Source: an uncultured Gemmatimonadales bacterium
Lineage (GTDB): Bacteria; Gemmatimonadota; Gemmatimonadetes; Longimicrobiales; RSA9
DNA length: 64,000 nucleotides
Assembly (NCBI GenBank): GCA_963708135.1
Contig: OY970192.1
Coordinates: 2,688,001 to 2,752,000 of the forward strand
Direction of reading: 5' to 3'
The notes beneath the pieces were generated by a model, which was not told the origin of the DNA, ran no database searches, and saw only the letters and a list, made by a program, of their open reading frames with translations. A program made the translations under genes and the position numbers. Of this stretch, positions 40,425 to 49,767 are shown one piece after another; position 1 is the stretch's first letter; each line of letters starts with the position of its first letter.

Positions 40425-42038
40425 ATGGTGGCGCACTACCACCTGATCGGGATCGGCGGGACGGCCATGGCCTCCCTGGCCGGGCTGCTCCGGGCCGCGG
40501 GCCACACGGTCACCGGCTCCGATGAGAACGTCTACCCTCCGATGTCCACGCTGCTCGAGCAGCTCGGCATTCCGTACCGCGAGGGCTACGCGCCGGAGAA
40601 TCTGGAGCCCGCGCCGGACGTCGTCGTCGTGGGCAATGCCATTTCGCGCGGCAACGTCGAGCTCGAGGCGGTTCTCAACCGGAAGCTCCGCTACACGTCC
40701 GCTGCGGCCACGCTGAAGGAGGAGTTCATCCGCGGCCGCCACTCCCTCGCCGTGGCGGGGACGCACGGCAAGACGACGACGACCTCGCTCCTGGCCTGGG
40801 TCCTCGAGACCGCCGGGCTGAACCCGTCCTTCCTCGTCGGCGGCGTGGCGGAGAACTTCGGCACGTCCTTCCGCCTGACCAATGCGCCCTATTTCGTCAT
40901 CGAGGCCGACGAGTACGACACCGCCTACTTCGACAAGGGCCCCAAGATGTGGCACTACCTGCCGGACACCGCGGTGGTGACCAACATCGAGTTCGACCAC
41001 GCCGACATCTACCGCGACACGGAGGCCTACCGCTTCGCCTTCGCGCGCTTCATCAACCTGATCCCCTCGAACGGCACGCTCGTGGCCGGCTGGGACTCGC
41101 CCGCGGTCCGCGCGCTGGCCCCCCGCTCGTTCGCCCCTGTCCAGGGCTTCGACATCGACGCCCCCTCAGGCGACGCGGCGCTGCCGCCCGCCGGCTCCGC
41201 CTCCGAATCCGCGTCCGCCCCGGGGTCCGCGTCCGCCCCGGAGTCCGCGTCCGGCTCGGAGTCCGCGTCCGGCTCGGCCGCCGAGCGGGCTGCTCGCGCC
41301 GCGAACCCGATCCCGCCGCGAACGTCGCCCACTCCCCCCCTCCCCCACTCCCCCACTCTCGCGTCTCTCCACCCCCAGCCCCGCTGGCTCGCCCGCGACG
41401 TGGTCTTCGAGCCCGAGCGCACGCGCTTCACGGTGCTGCACGACGGCGCCGTCTGGGGCGAGGTCGAGACGCCGCTCGCGGGGGCCTTCAACGTCCGCAA
41501 CTGCCTGGCCGCCATCGCCGCGGCCACGGCCGTGGGCGCGGATCCCGGCGCCGTGCGCGACGGGCTGCGCACGTTCCGCAGCGTTCGTCGTCGCCTGGAG
41601 GTCCGGGGCGAGGCGGGCGGTGTGACGGTGATCGACGACTTCGCGCACCACCCGACAGCCGTGCGGGAGACGATCGATGCCGTGCGCCAGCGCTATCCCG
41701 GCCGCCGCCTCGTGGCCGTCTTCGAGCCGCGCAGCTACACCGCGCAGCGGCGGGAATTCCAGGCCGACTACCAGGCCGCGCTCGGCACCGCCGACCGCAT
41801 CGTCATGGCCGGGCTCTTCCACCCCGAGCGCTACACCCGCGAGACCGCCATCGACCCGCACGCCATGGTGGCCGCCTGGGAGGCCGGCGGAACACCCGCC
41901 GCGTATACCCCCGACCCCGACGAGATCGTGCGGGGGCTCGCCCGCGATCTGGCCGGCGGCGAGGTCGTGCTGATCATGTCGAACGGTGGGTTCGGCGCGA
42001 TCCACTCGAAGCTGCTGGATGCGCTGGGGCGGCGGTAG
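40425..42038 (+). CDS. mpl: UDP-MurNAc peptide ligase Mpl (MurC-like) with a low-complexity insertion
   Basis: HLIGIGGTAM, YPPMST, GTHGKTTT, EADEYDTAYFDK, IEFDHADIY, DDFAHHP, MSNGGFG. Confidence 0.88.
   Translation: MVAHYHLIGIGGTAMASLAGLLRAAGHTVTGSDENVYPPMSTLLEQLGIPYREGYAPENLEPAPDVVVVGNAISRGNVELEAVLNRKLRYTSAAATLKEEFIRGRHSLAVAGTHGKTTTTSLLAWVLETAGLNPSFLVGGVAENFGTSFRLTNAPYFVIEADEYDTAYFDKGPKMWHYLPDTAVVTNIEFDHADIYRDTEAYRFAFARFINLIPSNGTLVAGWDSPAVRALAPRSFAPVQGFDIDAPSGDAALPPAGSASESASAPGSASAPESASGSESASGSAAERAARAANPIPPRTSPTPPLPHSPTLASLHPQPRWLARDVVFEPERTRFTVLHDGAVWGEVETPLAGAFNVRNCLAAIAAATAVGADPGAVRDGLRTFRSVRRRLEVRGEAGGVTVIDDFAHHPTAVRETIDAVRQRYPGRRLVAVFEPRSYTAQRREFQADYQAALGTADRIVMAGLFHPERYTRETAIDPHAMVAAWEAGGTPAAYTPDPDEIVRGLARDLAGGEVVLIMSNGGFGAIHSKLLDALGRR
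41190..41360. repeat. in-frame repeats inside mpl: 18-bp tandem (GAGTCCGCGTCCGSCYCG) plus a family-C CCCCACT arm
   Basis: Encodes GSASESASAPGSASAPESASGSESASGS and SPTPPLPHSPTL. Confidence 0.7.
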
Positions 42039-42059
42039 CCGTTCCCCCTTCCTCCGCCC

Positions 42060-42270
42060 CCCCGAGTGGGGGAGTGGGCGAGTGGGGGACGCGGCGGCTG
42101 CGCGGCTATCCTCCGGTTGCCGGGCGCGGAAGACGATCCCGGCGCTCGCGCGCACCGTGGCACCTGCGCACGCCGGCCGGGTCTGCCGGGCCCGGGAACG
42201 CGCGGCGCGCGTCGGCGTCGGCCCGTCTCCCACTCTCCCACTCCCCCACTCCCCCACTCTCCCACTCCCC
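42060..42270. repeat. family C element, copy 2 (inverted relative to copy 1), between convergent mpl and ybbP
   Basis: GAGTGGGGGAGTGGGCGAGTGGGG left arm; (CCCACTC)n right arm; shares GAGTGGGAGACGGGC...CGCGCCGCG...CCGGCGTGCGC with 20814-21120. Confidence 0.75.
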
Positions 42271-42298
42271 GCCGGGGCGAGCGCCGCGGCGGCGCGGG

Positions 42299-44836
42299 CT
42301 ACTCCGAGATCTCCCGCAGGACGACCAGCGGCGCCTTGCGGAGCACGTCGCGGCTGTTGAAGAGGCCGACGGCCACCGTCAGGGCGGCGACGCCGGCCCA
42401 GAGCAGGAGCAGGCCGGGGACGGGGAGGCGGAACGGGAGGTGGAAGAAGCGGCTGACGAGGGCCCAGCCGGCGAGGCCGGCGAGCGCGCTGCCGGTGAGG
42501 GCGGCGAGCACGCCGAGGGCGAGGTACTCGGTGAGGAGCACCGTGCGGATCTGGCGGCGGCTGGCGCCGAGGGTCTTGAGCAGCGCGCTCTCGCGGGTGC
42601 GCTGGAAGCGCGACGTCGCCAGGGCGCCGATGAGCACGAGCACGCCGCCGCCGATGCTGAAGAGGGCGAGGAAGCGGATGGCGAGCGCGACTCTGGAGAG
42701 GATGGAGTCGAGCGTGCGCTGGAGCATCTGGAGGTCGAGCACGGAGACGTTCGGGTAGCGCTGGACCAGGTCGCGCTGGACCTCGGCGCGGCGGGTGGCA
42801 TCGGCGATGCGGGCGAGGGCGACGACGGTCTGCGGCGCCTGATCGAGGACGCCCGGCTCGAAGACGACGAAGAAGTTGGGCGCGAAGCGGCCCCAGTCCA
42901 CGTGGCGCAGGCTGGTGACCACGGAGGGGATGCTCGCGCCGTTGAAGTTCCAGGTGATGGTGTCGCCGAGGCCGACGCCGAGCTCCTGCGCGACTCCCTC
43001 GTCGACTGAGATCCTGGCCGGCTGGCCGGCGCGGTGGGGGCCGCGGAACCAGTGGCCGGCGGTGATCCGCTCCGTGGCCGTCATGGTGTCGCGGTAGGTG
43101 TTGCGGAACTCGCGGCGGAGCGCCCAGCGGTGCCGGTGGATGGTGGTGTCGGCCAGGATCTGCTGCACGCTGCGGCCGTTCACGGCGGCGATGCGGGCGG
43201 GCACGATCGGCGTGATCTCGTGGAGCGGCGCGCCGCGGGCGGTGAAGAGGCTGTCCACGCCGCGCACCTGGTCGGGCTGGACGTCGAAGAGCAGCACGTT
43301 GGCGCGCATGGTGTCGTCGCGGAGCCGGATCTTGTCGAGCAGGTTCCGCTGCACGAGGTACATGGTCCCGATCAGGAAGACGCCGAAGCCGAGCGAGAGG
43401 GTGACCGCCACGGTCTGGTTGTGGGGGCGAAACAGGTTGGAGACGCCCTGGCGGACCACGTAGCGGGCGCGCGTCGGGAAGAAGCGGCGGGTCGCGCGCA
43501 CGACGCCGAGGGCGACGAGCCAGAGCACGCCCACGGTGACGGCGAGCCCGCAGGCGAACGCGAGCCCCGTGCGCCACGTGGGCGCCTGCCAGATGCTGAG
43601 CGCGAGGATGCTCGCGGCGAGGGCGCCGTAGGCGACGCCGCGCAGCGGGTCGCGCGCCCGCTCCGCCGGCTCGAAGCCCTGCCGGAGCGCCTGGAGCGGG
43701 GTCACGTCGCGGATCGAGAGCAGCGGGATGAGCGCGAAGATGGCGGCGACCCAGAGGCCCACGACGAGGCCGGCCACGATCGCCGTCGCGTTCAGCGAGA
43801 AGCCCACATCGACGGGCAGGAACGGGCGCAGCACGGCGGGTAGCGCCGCCTGTGCGGCGATGCCGACCAGCACGCCGGCGGCCGAGCCGGCCAGGCCGAG
43901 GGCGGCGGCCTGGAGCAGGTAGGCGCCGAAGACCGTGCGCTGGCGGGCGCCCAGGCAGCGCAGCACGGCGACGGTCGGGATCTTCTCCTTGATGAAGACG
44001 TGGATCGCGCTGGCCACGCCAATGCCGCCGAGCAGCAGCGCGGTGAGCCCGATGAGCCCCAGGAAGCGGGAGAGGTTGCCGAGGTCCTCCGTCAGGTTCT
44101 CCGCCCGGTCCTCGGCCGTCGTGACGCCCACGTGCTGCTCGCGCAGGAGGTCGCGGTGCGCGGCGGTGAAGGCGTCCTGGGTGGCGCGCGCGGGCATGCG
44201 CACGTACGCCTCGTAGCGCGCCAGGGTGCCGAAGCGGACGAGCCCGGTGGCGGCCAGCTGGCGGGAGCCGATGAAGACGCGCGGGCCCACGGCGGTCTGG
44301 AAGCCGATCTCCGCGGGGGCGTCCACCGTGCCGGCGATGCGGAACCGGCTCTGGCCGATGGAGAGGGTGTCGCCGATGCGGACGCCGAGCTGCACGAGGA
44401 GCGCGGGATCGACGAGCGCGTCGCCGCTCGCGCGGAAGCGGGACCACAGCCCGGCGGGCTCGGTGGGGACGTCGCCGTAGAATGGCCAGCCGGGCTCGAC
44501 GGCCCGGAGCTGGATGAGCCGCGTCGCGCCGGTGCGGGGCGCGAGCGCCATGGAGACGAGGCCGGTGACGCGCGCCACGGAGTCGCCTGCCGCGGAGAGG
44601 GAGTCCACGAGCGCGGCTACGCTCGCCGGGAAGGGCGAGCTGGAGCTCAGGCGCAGGTCGGCGCCGAGCAGCTCCCGGGCCTGGCCCTGGATGGAGGCGG
44701 TGACGTTGGCGCGGAACGAGTTGATGGCCACGAGTGCGGCCACGCCGAGGGTGATCGCGCCCATGTAGAGCCCGAGCCGGCGGGCGCTGGCGCGCGTCTC
44801 GCGCCAGGCGTGCACGAGGGCGAACGGCGCGCTCAC
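42299..44836 (-). CDS. ybbP: YbbP-like ABC transporter permease (two FtsX domains)
   Basis: ARELLGADL, PFYG, FDVQPDQ, RHVDWGRFAPNFF, LKTLGA. Confidence 0.8.
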   Translation of the reverse strand: MSAPFALVHAWRETRASARRLGLYMGAITLGVAALVAINSFRANVTASIQGQARELLGADLRLSSSSPFPASVAALVDSLSAAGDSVARVTGLVSMALAPRTGATRLIQLRAVEPGWPFYGDVPTEPAGLWSRFRASGDALVDPALLVQLGVRIGDTLSIGQSRFRIAGTVDAPAEIGFQTAVGPRVFIGSRQLAATGLVRFGTLARYEAYVRMPARATQDAFTAAHRDLLREQHVGVTTAEDRAENLTEDLGNLSRFLGLIGLTALLLGGIGVASAIHVFIKEKIPTVAVLRCLGARQRTVFGAYLLQAAALGLAGSAAGVLVGIAAQAALPAVLRPFLPVDVGFSLNATAIVAGLVVGLWVAAIFALIPLLSIRDVTPLQALRQGFEPAERARDPLRGVAYGALAASILALSIWQAPTWRTGLAFACGLAVTVGVLWLVALGVVRATRRFFPTRARYVVRQGVSNLFRPHNQTVAVTLSLGFGVFLIGTMYLVQRNLLDKIRLRDDTMRANVLLFDVQPDQVRGVDSLFTARGAPLHEITPIVPARIAAVNGRSVQQILADTTIHRHRWALRREFRNTYRDTMTATERITAGHWFRGPHRAGQPARISVDEGVAQELGVGLGDTITWNFNGASIPSVVTSLRHVDWGRFAPNFFVVFEPGVLDQAPQTVVALARIADATRRAEVQRDLVQRYPNVSVLDLQMLQRTLDSILSRVALAIRFLALFSIGGGVLVLIGALATSRFQRTRESALLKTLGASRRQIRTVLLTEYLALGVLAALTGSALAGLAGWALVSRFFHLPFRLPVPGLLLLWAGVAALTVAVGLFNSRDVLRKAPLVVLREISE

Positions 44837-45531
44837 GTGCCGTCCTTGCGCTCGTCGGAGACGATGCGCCCGCTCGAGATGCGGACCACGCGCCGCGCCC
44901 GCGCCGCGAGCTCCTGGTCGTGAGTGACGAGCACGAGCGTGGTCCGGTACTCGCGGTTCAGCTCGACCATGAGGTCGATGATGCGCGCGCCCGTCTCCGA
45001 GTCGAGGTTGCCCGTCGGCTCGTCCGCGAAGAGGATCTTCGGCCGGTTGACGAACGCCCGCGCGAGCGCCACCCTTTGCTGCTCGCCGCCGGAGAGCTGG
45101 GCCGGGTAGTGGTCGAGCCGCCCGCCGAGCCCCACGCGCTCGAGCAGCGCCGTCACGCGCTCCCGGCGCTCGGCCGGGTGGGCGCCGCCCGTGCCCGCCA
45201 GCTCGAGCGGGACCAGCACGTTCTCCACTGCCGTCAGAGTGGGCAGCAGGTGGAAGGTCTGGAAGACGAAGCCGACGTTCGTCGCGCGAAAGCGGGCGCG
45301 CTCGTCCTCGCTCATGGCGTCCAGGTTGCGCCCGGCCAGCTCGACGTGCCCGGCGCTCGGACGGTCGAGCCCGGCGAGCAGGCCGAGCAGCGTCGTCTTG
45401 CCGCTGCCGGACGGGCCGACAATGGCGAGGAACGCCTCAGCCTCGACGTCGAGATCGATCCCGTGCAGCACCACGAGCGGCCGTCCGCCGCTCGTGTAGG
45501 TCTGCTCCAACCCCCTGACGACGATCATCAT
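44833..45531 (-). CDS. ybbA: YbbA-like ABC ATP-binding protein
   Basis: GPSGSGKTT, LSGGEQQR, FADEPTGNLD. Confidence 0.85.
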   Translation of the reverse strand: MMIVVRGLEQTYTSGGRPLVVLHGIDLDVEAEAFLAIVGPSGSGKTTLLGLLAGLDRPSAGHVELAGRNLDAMSEDERARFRATNVGFVFQTFHLLPTLTAVENVLVPLELAGTGGAHPAERRERVTALLERVGLGGRLDHYPAQLSGGEQQRVALARAFVNRPKILFADEPTGNLDSETGARIIDLMVELNREYRTTLVLVTHDQELAARARRVVRISSGRIVSDERKDGT

Positions 45532-46345
45532 GCCGATCTCGATCCTCCCCGCGAAGCGGCTCCTCCCGTCCCTGCTCCTGCTCCTGGCCGCGTGCGGCGG
45601 AGGCGCGCCCGCCCGGCCCGGCGGCGGCCCGGCCACAGCCGACACCCTGCCGCAGGCGACGACCGCGCCGCCGGCCGCCGGATCCGCCGCCGCCACCACG
45701 GCCCCTGAAGCTACACCGCCGCGCGGCGCCCCACCACACGCCGCGGCCGATACCGCGCGGCCCATCGTGCTGTTCCTCGGCAACAGTCTGACGGCCGGGC
45801 TCGGGGTGGCGCCGGCGGAGGCCTACCCGGCGCTCGTGCAGCAGAAGATCGACTCCGCGGGGCTGGACTTCCGGGTCGTCAACGCCGGCGTGAGCGGCGA
45901 GACGACGGCCGACGGGCTGCGCCGCGTGGACTGGGTGCTGCGCGGGCCGGTGAAGGTCATGGTGCTCGAGCTCGGGGCGAACGACATGCTGCGCGGGCAG
46001 GACCTGGGCGCCGCGGAGAAGAACCTGCTCGAGATCGTGCGCCGCGCCCGCGCGAAGGTGCCCGGGCTGCGCGTCGTGATCGCCGGCATGGAGGCGCCGC
46101 CCAACCTCGGCCCCGCCTACACCGCCCGCTTCCACGCCATCTTCCCGGACCTGGCGCGGAAGAGCGACGCCGCGCTGATCCCGTTCCTCCTGGCCGGCGT
46201 GGCCGGCGACCCCCGGCTCAACCAGCCGGACCACATGCACCCCACGGCGGCCGGCCACAGGATCGTGGCGGAGAACGTCTGGAAGGTGCTCGAGCCTGTG
46301 CTGCGACGGGTGGCGGCGGGGGAGCGGGCGGCGGCGGGACGGTAG
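45530..46345 (+). CDS. tesA: arylesterase/acyl-CoA thioesterase I (SGNH) lipoprotein
   Basis: Lipobox LAAC, GNSLTAG, NAGVSGETT, ELGAND, QPDHMHP. Confidence 0.85.
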   Translation: MPISILPAKRLLPSLLLLLAACGGGAPARPGGGPATADTLPQATTAPPAAGSAAATTAPEATPPRGAPPHAAADTARPIVLFLGNSLTAGLGVAPAEAYPALVQQKIDSAGLDFRVVNAGVSGETTADGLRRVDWVLRGPVKVMVLELGANDMLRGQDLGAAEKNLLEIVRRARAKVPGLRVVIAGMEAPPNLGPAYTARFHAIFPDLARKSDAALIPFLLAGVAGDPRLNQPDHMHPTAAGHRIVAENVWKVLEPVLRRVAAGERAAAGR

Positions 46346-46353
46346 GGCCTCGA

Positions 46354-46965
46354 CTGCGCCTTCTCGCGCGGGGGCTGAACGGACGGGATGGGGATGGGGG
46401 TGGGGTTCGGGATCGATGGCGGCGGCTGCCCGGGTACGCCGATCTCCGGTTGCGCTGCTCGCCGGCGCGCCGCACGCTCACGGCAACCCCGCGCCGCCGC
46501 CGCCCCGCTTCCACCCCCGACCCTTCCGCACCGGCCGACGGGGCGGACTGATCCTGCGCCTTCTCGCGCGGGGGCTGAACGGACGGGTTGGGGATGGGGT
46601 CGGGGTTCGGGATCGGCGAGGGCGGCTGCTCGGGTACGCCGATCTCCGGTGGCGGCTGCTCGCCGCCGCGCGCACGCTGCACGGCAACCCCGCGCCGCCG
46701 CCGCCCTGCTTCCACCCCCGACCCTTCCGCACCGTTAACCAAAACTAAAACCAAAACTAAAACCAGCCGACGGGTCGGACTGATCCTGCGCCTTCTCGCG
46801 CGGGGGCTGAACGGACGGGTTGGGGATGGGGTCGGGGTTCGGGATCGATGGCGGCGGCTGCCCGGGTACGCCGATCTCCGGTTGCGCTGCTCGCCGGCGC
46901 GCCGCACGCTCACGGCAACCCCGCGCCGCCGCCGCCCTGCTTCCGCCCGGCACCCGTCCGCACCG
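46354..46965. repeat. tandem repeat array (family B): 3 units of ~200 bp, with an AT-rich (AAAACY)4 insert between units 2 and 3
   Basis: Anchor CTGCGCCTTCTCGCGCG at 46354, 46554 and 46786; core GGGTTGGGGATGGGGTCGGGGTTCGGG. Confidence 0.88.
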
Positions 46966-47099
46966 GCGGGGCGACCGGTCCAGACATTCCGCCGCCCCGC
47001 AGGCGGCGCCAGGTTCGGGGAAAGCGGCGGGCGGCGGGGCGGCGAGGTGCCGCGCGGTCGATCCGCGGACGACTCCTGGCTCTGCCCGATTGGCCCGGC

Positions 47100-47462
47100 A
47101 TGACTCCGAGAGATGGGTTCGATCATGAACGGCTGGAGGTGTTCCAGGCGGCGATCCAGCTGGCAGTGCTGATCGATCAGGTGGTGGAGCGAATCGCGCC
47201 CGGGCGCGCCGAGCTCGCGGACCAGCTCCGGCGCGCATCCACGTCGGTGCCGCTGAACATCGCCGAGGGCGCCGGCGAGTTCAGCCCGAAGGAGAAAGCA
47301 CGCTTCTACCGGATGGCCCTGCGCTCGGCGACGGAGTGCGGCGCGATCCTCCTGCTCCTCGAGCGCCTTGGGCTGCCGATCGATCCCGCGCCTCGCCGGC
47401 TGCTGCTCAGGATCGTGCCGATGCTCGTCCGGCTCTGCCAGAATGGACGGCGGGCCGGCTGA
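47100..47462 (+). CDS. four helix bundle protein (23S rRNA IVP / Avd-like family), copy 2
   Basis: FDHERLEVF...DQLRRASTSVPLNIAEGAGEFS...RFYRMALRSATEC. Confidence 0.9.
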   Translation: MTPRDGFDHERLEVFQAAIQLAVLIDQVVERIAPGRAELADQLRRASTSVPLNIAEGAGEFSPKEKARFYRMALRSATECGAILLLLERLGLPIDPAPRRLLLRIVPMLVRLCQNGRRAG

Positions 47463-47675
47463 GAACATCGTCGGACCCGGGCGTTCCGGGTCACCCTGGC
47501 GCCCGGCTGCCGGAGGTGGTGCGGCCGGGTTCCGGGGCGGCGGTCGAGGGGCCGAGGGGGCCGAAGGTAGGTTCAGGGTGGTAGCCGGCCGACGCGGGGT
47601 GGGGTTCGCAGTGAGCCCTCCGCGCGCCAGCGACGTTCCCCGCCGGAAGCACGCGCACCCGGGCGGCCCGCCGTG

Positions 47676-47713
47676 TCGATCCCGATCCCCGACCCCAACC
47701 CCAACCCGTCCGT
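47676..47713 (-). repeat. inverted copy of the family B core closing the second four-helix-bundle locus
   Basis: TCGATCCCGATCCCCGACCCCAACCCCAACCCGTCCGT is the near-exact reverse complement of ACGGACGGGTTGGGGATGGGGTCGGGGTTCGGGATCGA. Confidence 0.8.
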
Positions 47714-47736
47714 CGGGACGCCCGGATGAGCCCGGC

Positions 47737-49608
47737 TCACCCGGCGGCCTGCCTCCCGCCGCCGCTCGCCCGCAGCGCGTTCAGGATGACGGCGACGTCG
47801 ATCGCCTCCTGCGCCAGCGCGCCGACCGTGGGCGGGATCATGCCGAAGGCGGCGAACACCATCCCGACCGCGCTGAGGCCGAGGCCGACCCAGATGCTCT
47901 GGCGCGCGATGCGCAACGTGCGCCGGCTGGTGCGCAGCGCCTCGACCACGCGGTCGAGCTCGTCCACCAGGATCACGATCTCGGCCGCCTCGGTGGTGAT
48001 CCCGCCGCCGTGGCCGGCCAGCGCGATGCCCACGTCGGCGGTGCTGAGGGCGGGGGCGTCGTTGGTGCCGTCGCCGACCATGACCACGCCGTCGTGGCCG
48101 CGCCGCAGGTCCCGGATGGCGGCCACCTTGTCCTCGGGGAGCAGTTCGCCCCGGGCATCCTCGATGCCGAGCTCGTCGGCGATCGCGCGCGTGTGGCTCG
48201 CGTGGTCGCCGGAGAGCAGGACGGTGCGGCGGATCCCGAGCCGGCGCAGGTCGGCGAACACCTCGGCCGTCCCCGGCCGCAGGCGGTCCGCGAAGCGGAT
48301 CATGCCGGCGGCCCCTCCATCCACGGCCACGTACGCCCTGAGCCCCGTCCACGTCTCGCCCAGCGCGGTGAGCGTGGGCACGGCGTCGGGGGCGAGCAGC
48401 GCGATGTAGCCCAGCGAGCCGACGGCGACGCGGCGGCCGGCCACGTCGCCTTCCACCCCGCGACCCGGCGACTCCGTGACGTGCAGCCCGGCGCCCGGGC
48501 GGATGCCGCGCGCCTCGGCGGCGGCCACCACGGTGCGGGCGAGCAGGTGGCTGGAGGCCTGCTCGGCCGTGGCGGCCAGGCGCAGCAGCTCGTCGGCGCT
48601 GAAGCCGGGTGCGGGGTCGAGTCCGGAGACCTGCGGCTGCCCGATCGTCAGCGTGCCGGTCTTGTCGAAGACGACGATGGTGGCGCCCGCCAGCTGCTCG
48701 AGGGCGCCGCCGTTCCGCACGATCACCTGGCGCCGCGCCGCCCGGTTGATGCCGCCGATGATCGCCACGGGCGTGGCCAGGATCAGTGGACAGGGCGTGG
48801 CGATGACGAGCACGGCCAGCACCCGCACCGGGTCGTGCGTGAGCAGGAGGACCAAGCCGCAGAAGAGGAGCGTGATGGGCGTGAACCAAACGGCGTAGCG
48901 GTCGGCCAGGCGCTGGAGCGGCGACTTGCTCTCCTGCGCGGTGCGCACGAGCTCCACGATGCGCGCGTACTGGCTTTCGCGGGCGAGGGCCGTGGCGCGC
49001 AGCCGCAGCGAGCCCTCGCCGTTCACGCTGCCGCTCAGCAGGTGCGCGCCCGCCTCGGTCGGCACGCCCATCGGCTCGCCCGTGAGCCGCGAGGCGTCCA
49101 CGTGCGAGCGGCCATCGACCACCACGCCGTCGCACGGCACCAGCTCGCCCGGCCGGACGAGCAGCAGGTCGCCGACCGCCACCGCGTCGGCCGGCACGTC
49201 CTCGAGCGCGCCGTCGCGCACCCGGTGCGCGTGCCGCGGCGCCGCCTCCTCGAGCTCGCGGACGGCCCGCGAGGCACGGCCCTCCGCGTAGCGCTCGAGC
49301 GACTCGCCGCCCGTCTGCATCAGCACCACCACGAGGCCCGCGAGCGGCTCGTTCAGCAGCACCGCCGCCAGCACCGCCAGGGAAGCGACGAGGTCCGCCG
49401 CGAATTTCCCGCGCAGCGCCCCGCGCAGCGTGCCCAGGACCACCGGCGCGCCGACCAGGATGAGCCCCGCCTCGAGCGTAAGGTGGCCCCACCGCTCCAG
49501 CCCCGGGAGGAAGCGCAGGGTCGTGCCCACCAGGATGAACGCCAGCGCGGCGGCCGGGAACAGCACGGCCCCGCGGCGACGATCCATGGCCGGCAGCCGG
49601 CGGCTCAC
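47737..49608 (-). CDS. heavy-metal P1B-type ATPase (P1B-5 signature)
   Basis: GGAGG RBS + GTG; LTGEP, TPCP, DKTGT, MVGDGTND, Q-x4-G-x3-S-x3-M, P-x6-QE-x2-D-x5-N. Confidence 0.88.
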   Translation of the reverse strand: MSRRLPAMDRRRGAVLFPAAALAFILVGTTLRFLPGLERWGHLTLEAGLILVGAPVVLGTLRGALRGKFAADLVASLAVLAAVLLNEPLAGLVVVLMQTGGESLERYAEGRASRAVRELEEAAPRHAHRVRDGALEDVPADAVAVGDLLLVRPGELVPCDGVVVDGRSHVDASRLTGEPMGVPTEAGAHLLSGSVNGEGSLRLRATALARESQYARIVELVRTAQESKSPLQRLADRYAVWFTPITLLFCGLVLLLTHDPVRVLAVLVIATPCPLILATPVAIIGGINRAARRQVIVRNGGALEQLAGATIVVFDKTGTLTIGQPQVSGLDPAPGFSADELLRLAATAEQASSHLLARTVVAAAEARGIRPGAGLHVTESPGRGVEGDVAGRRVAVGSLGYIALLAPDAVPTLTALGETWTGLRAYVAVDGGAAGMIRFADRLRPGTAEVFADLRRLGIRRTVLLSGDHASHTRAIADELGIEDARGELLPEDKVAAIRDLRRGHDGVVMVGDGTNDAPALSTADVGIALAGHGGGITTEAAEIVILVDELDRVVEALRTSRRTLRIARQSIWVGLGLSAVGMVFAAFGMIPPTVGALAQEAIDVAVILNALRASGGGRQAAG

Positions 49609-49767
49609 GGCGCATGCCTCCTTCGCGATGGAACTCTCACGGCCCTCTCCTGCGTTGGCGCCCGCTCCCGCCAAGCTAGGCCATCCACGCGGGCCCGGTT
49701 GTCGGGCGTTCCCCGGCGGCGGTGTCGGGAGATCCTCGGCTTGCCCCGGAGCCGCCCCTTCCCCGCG

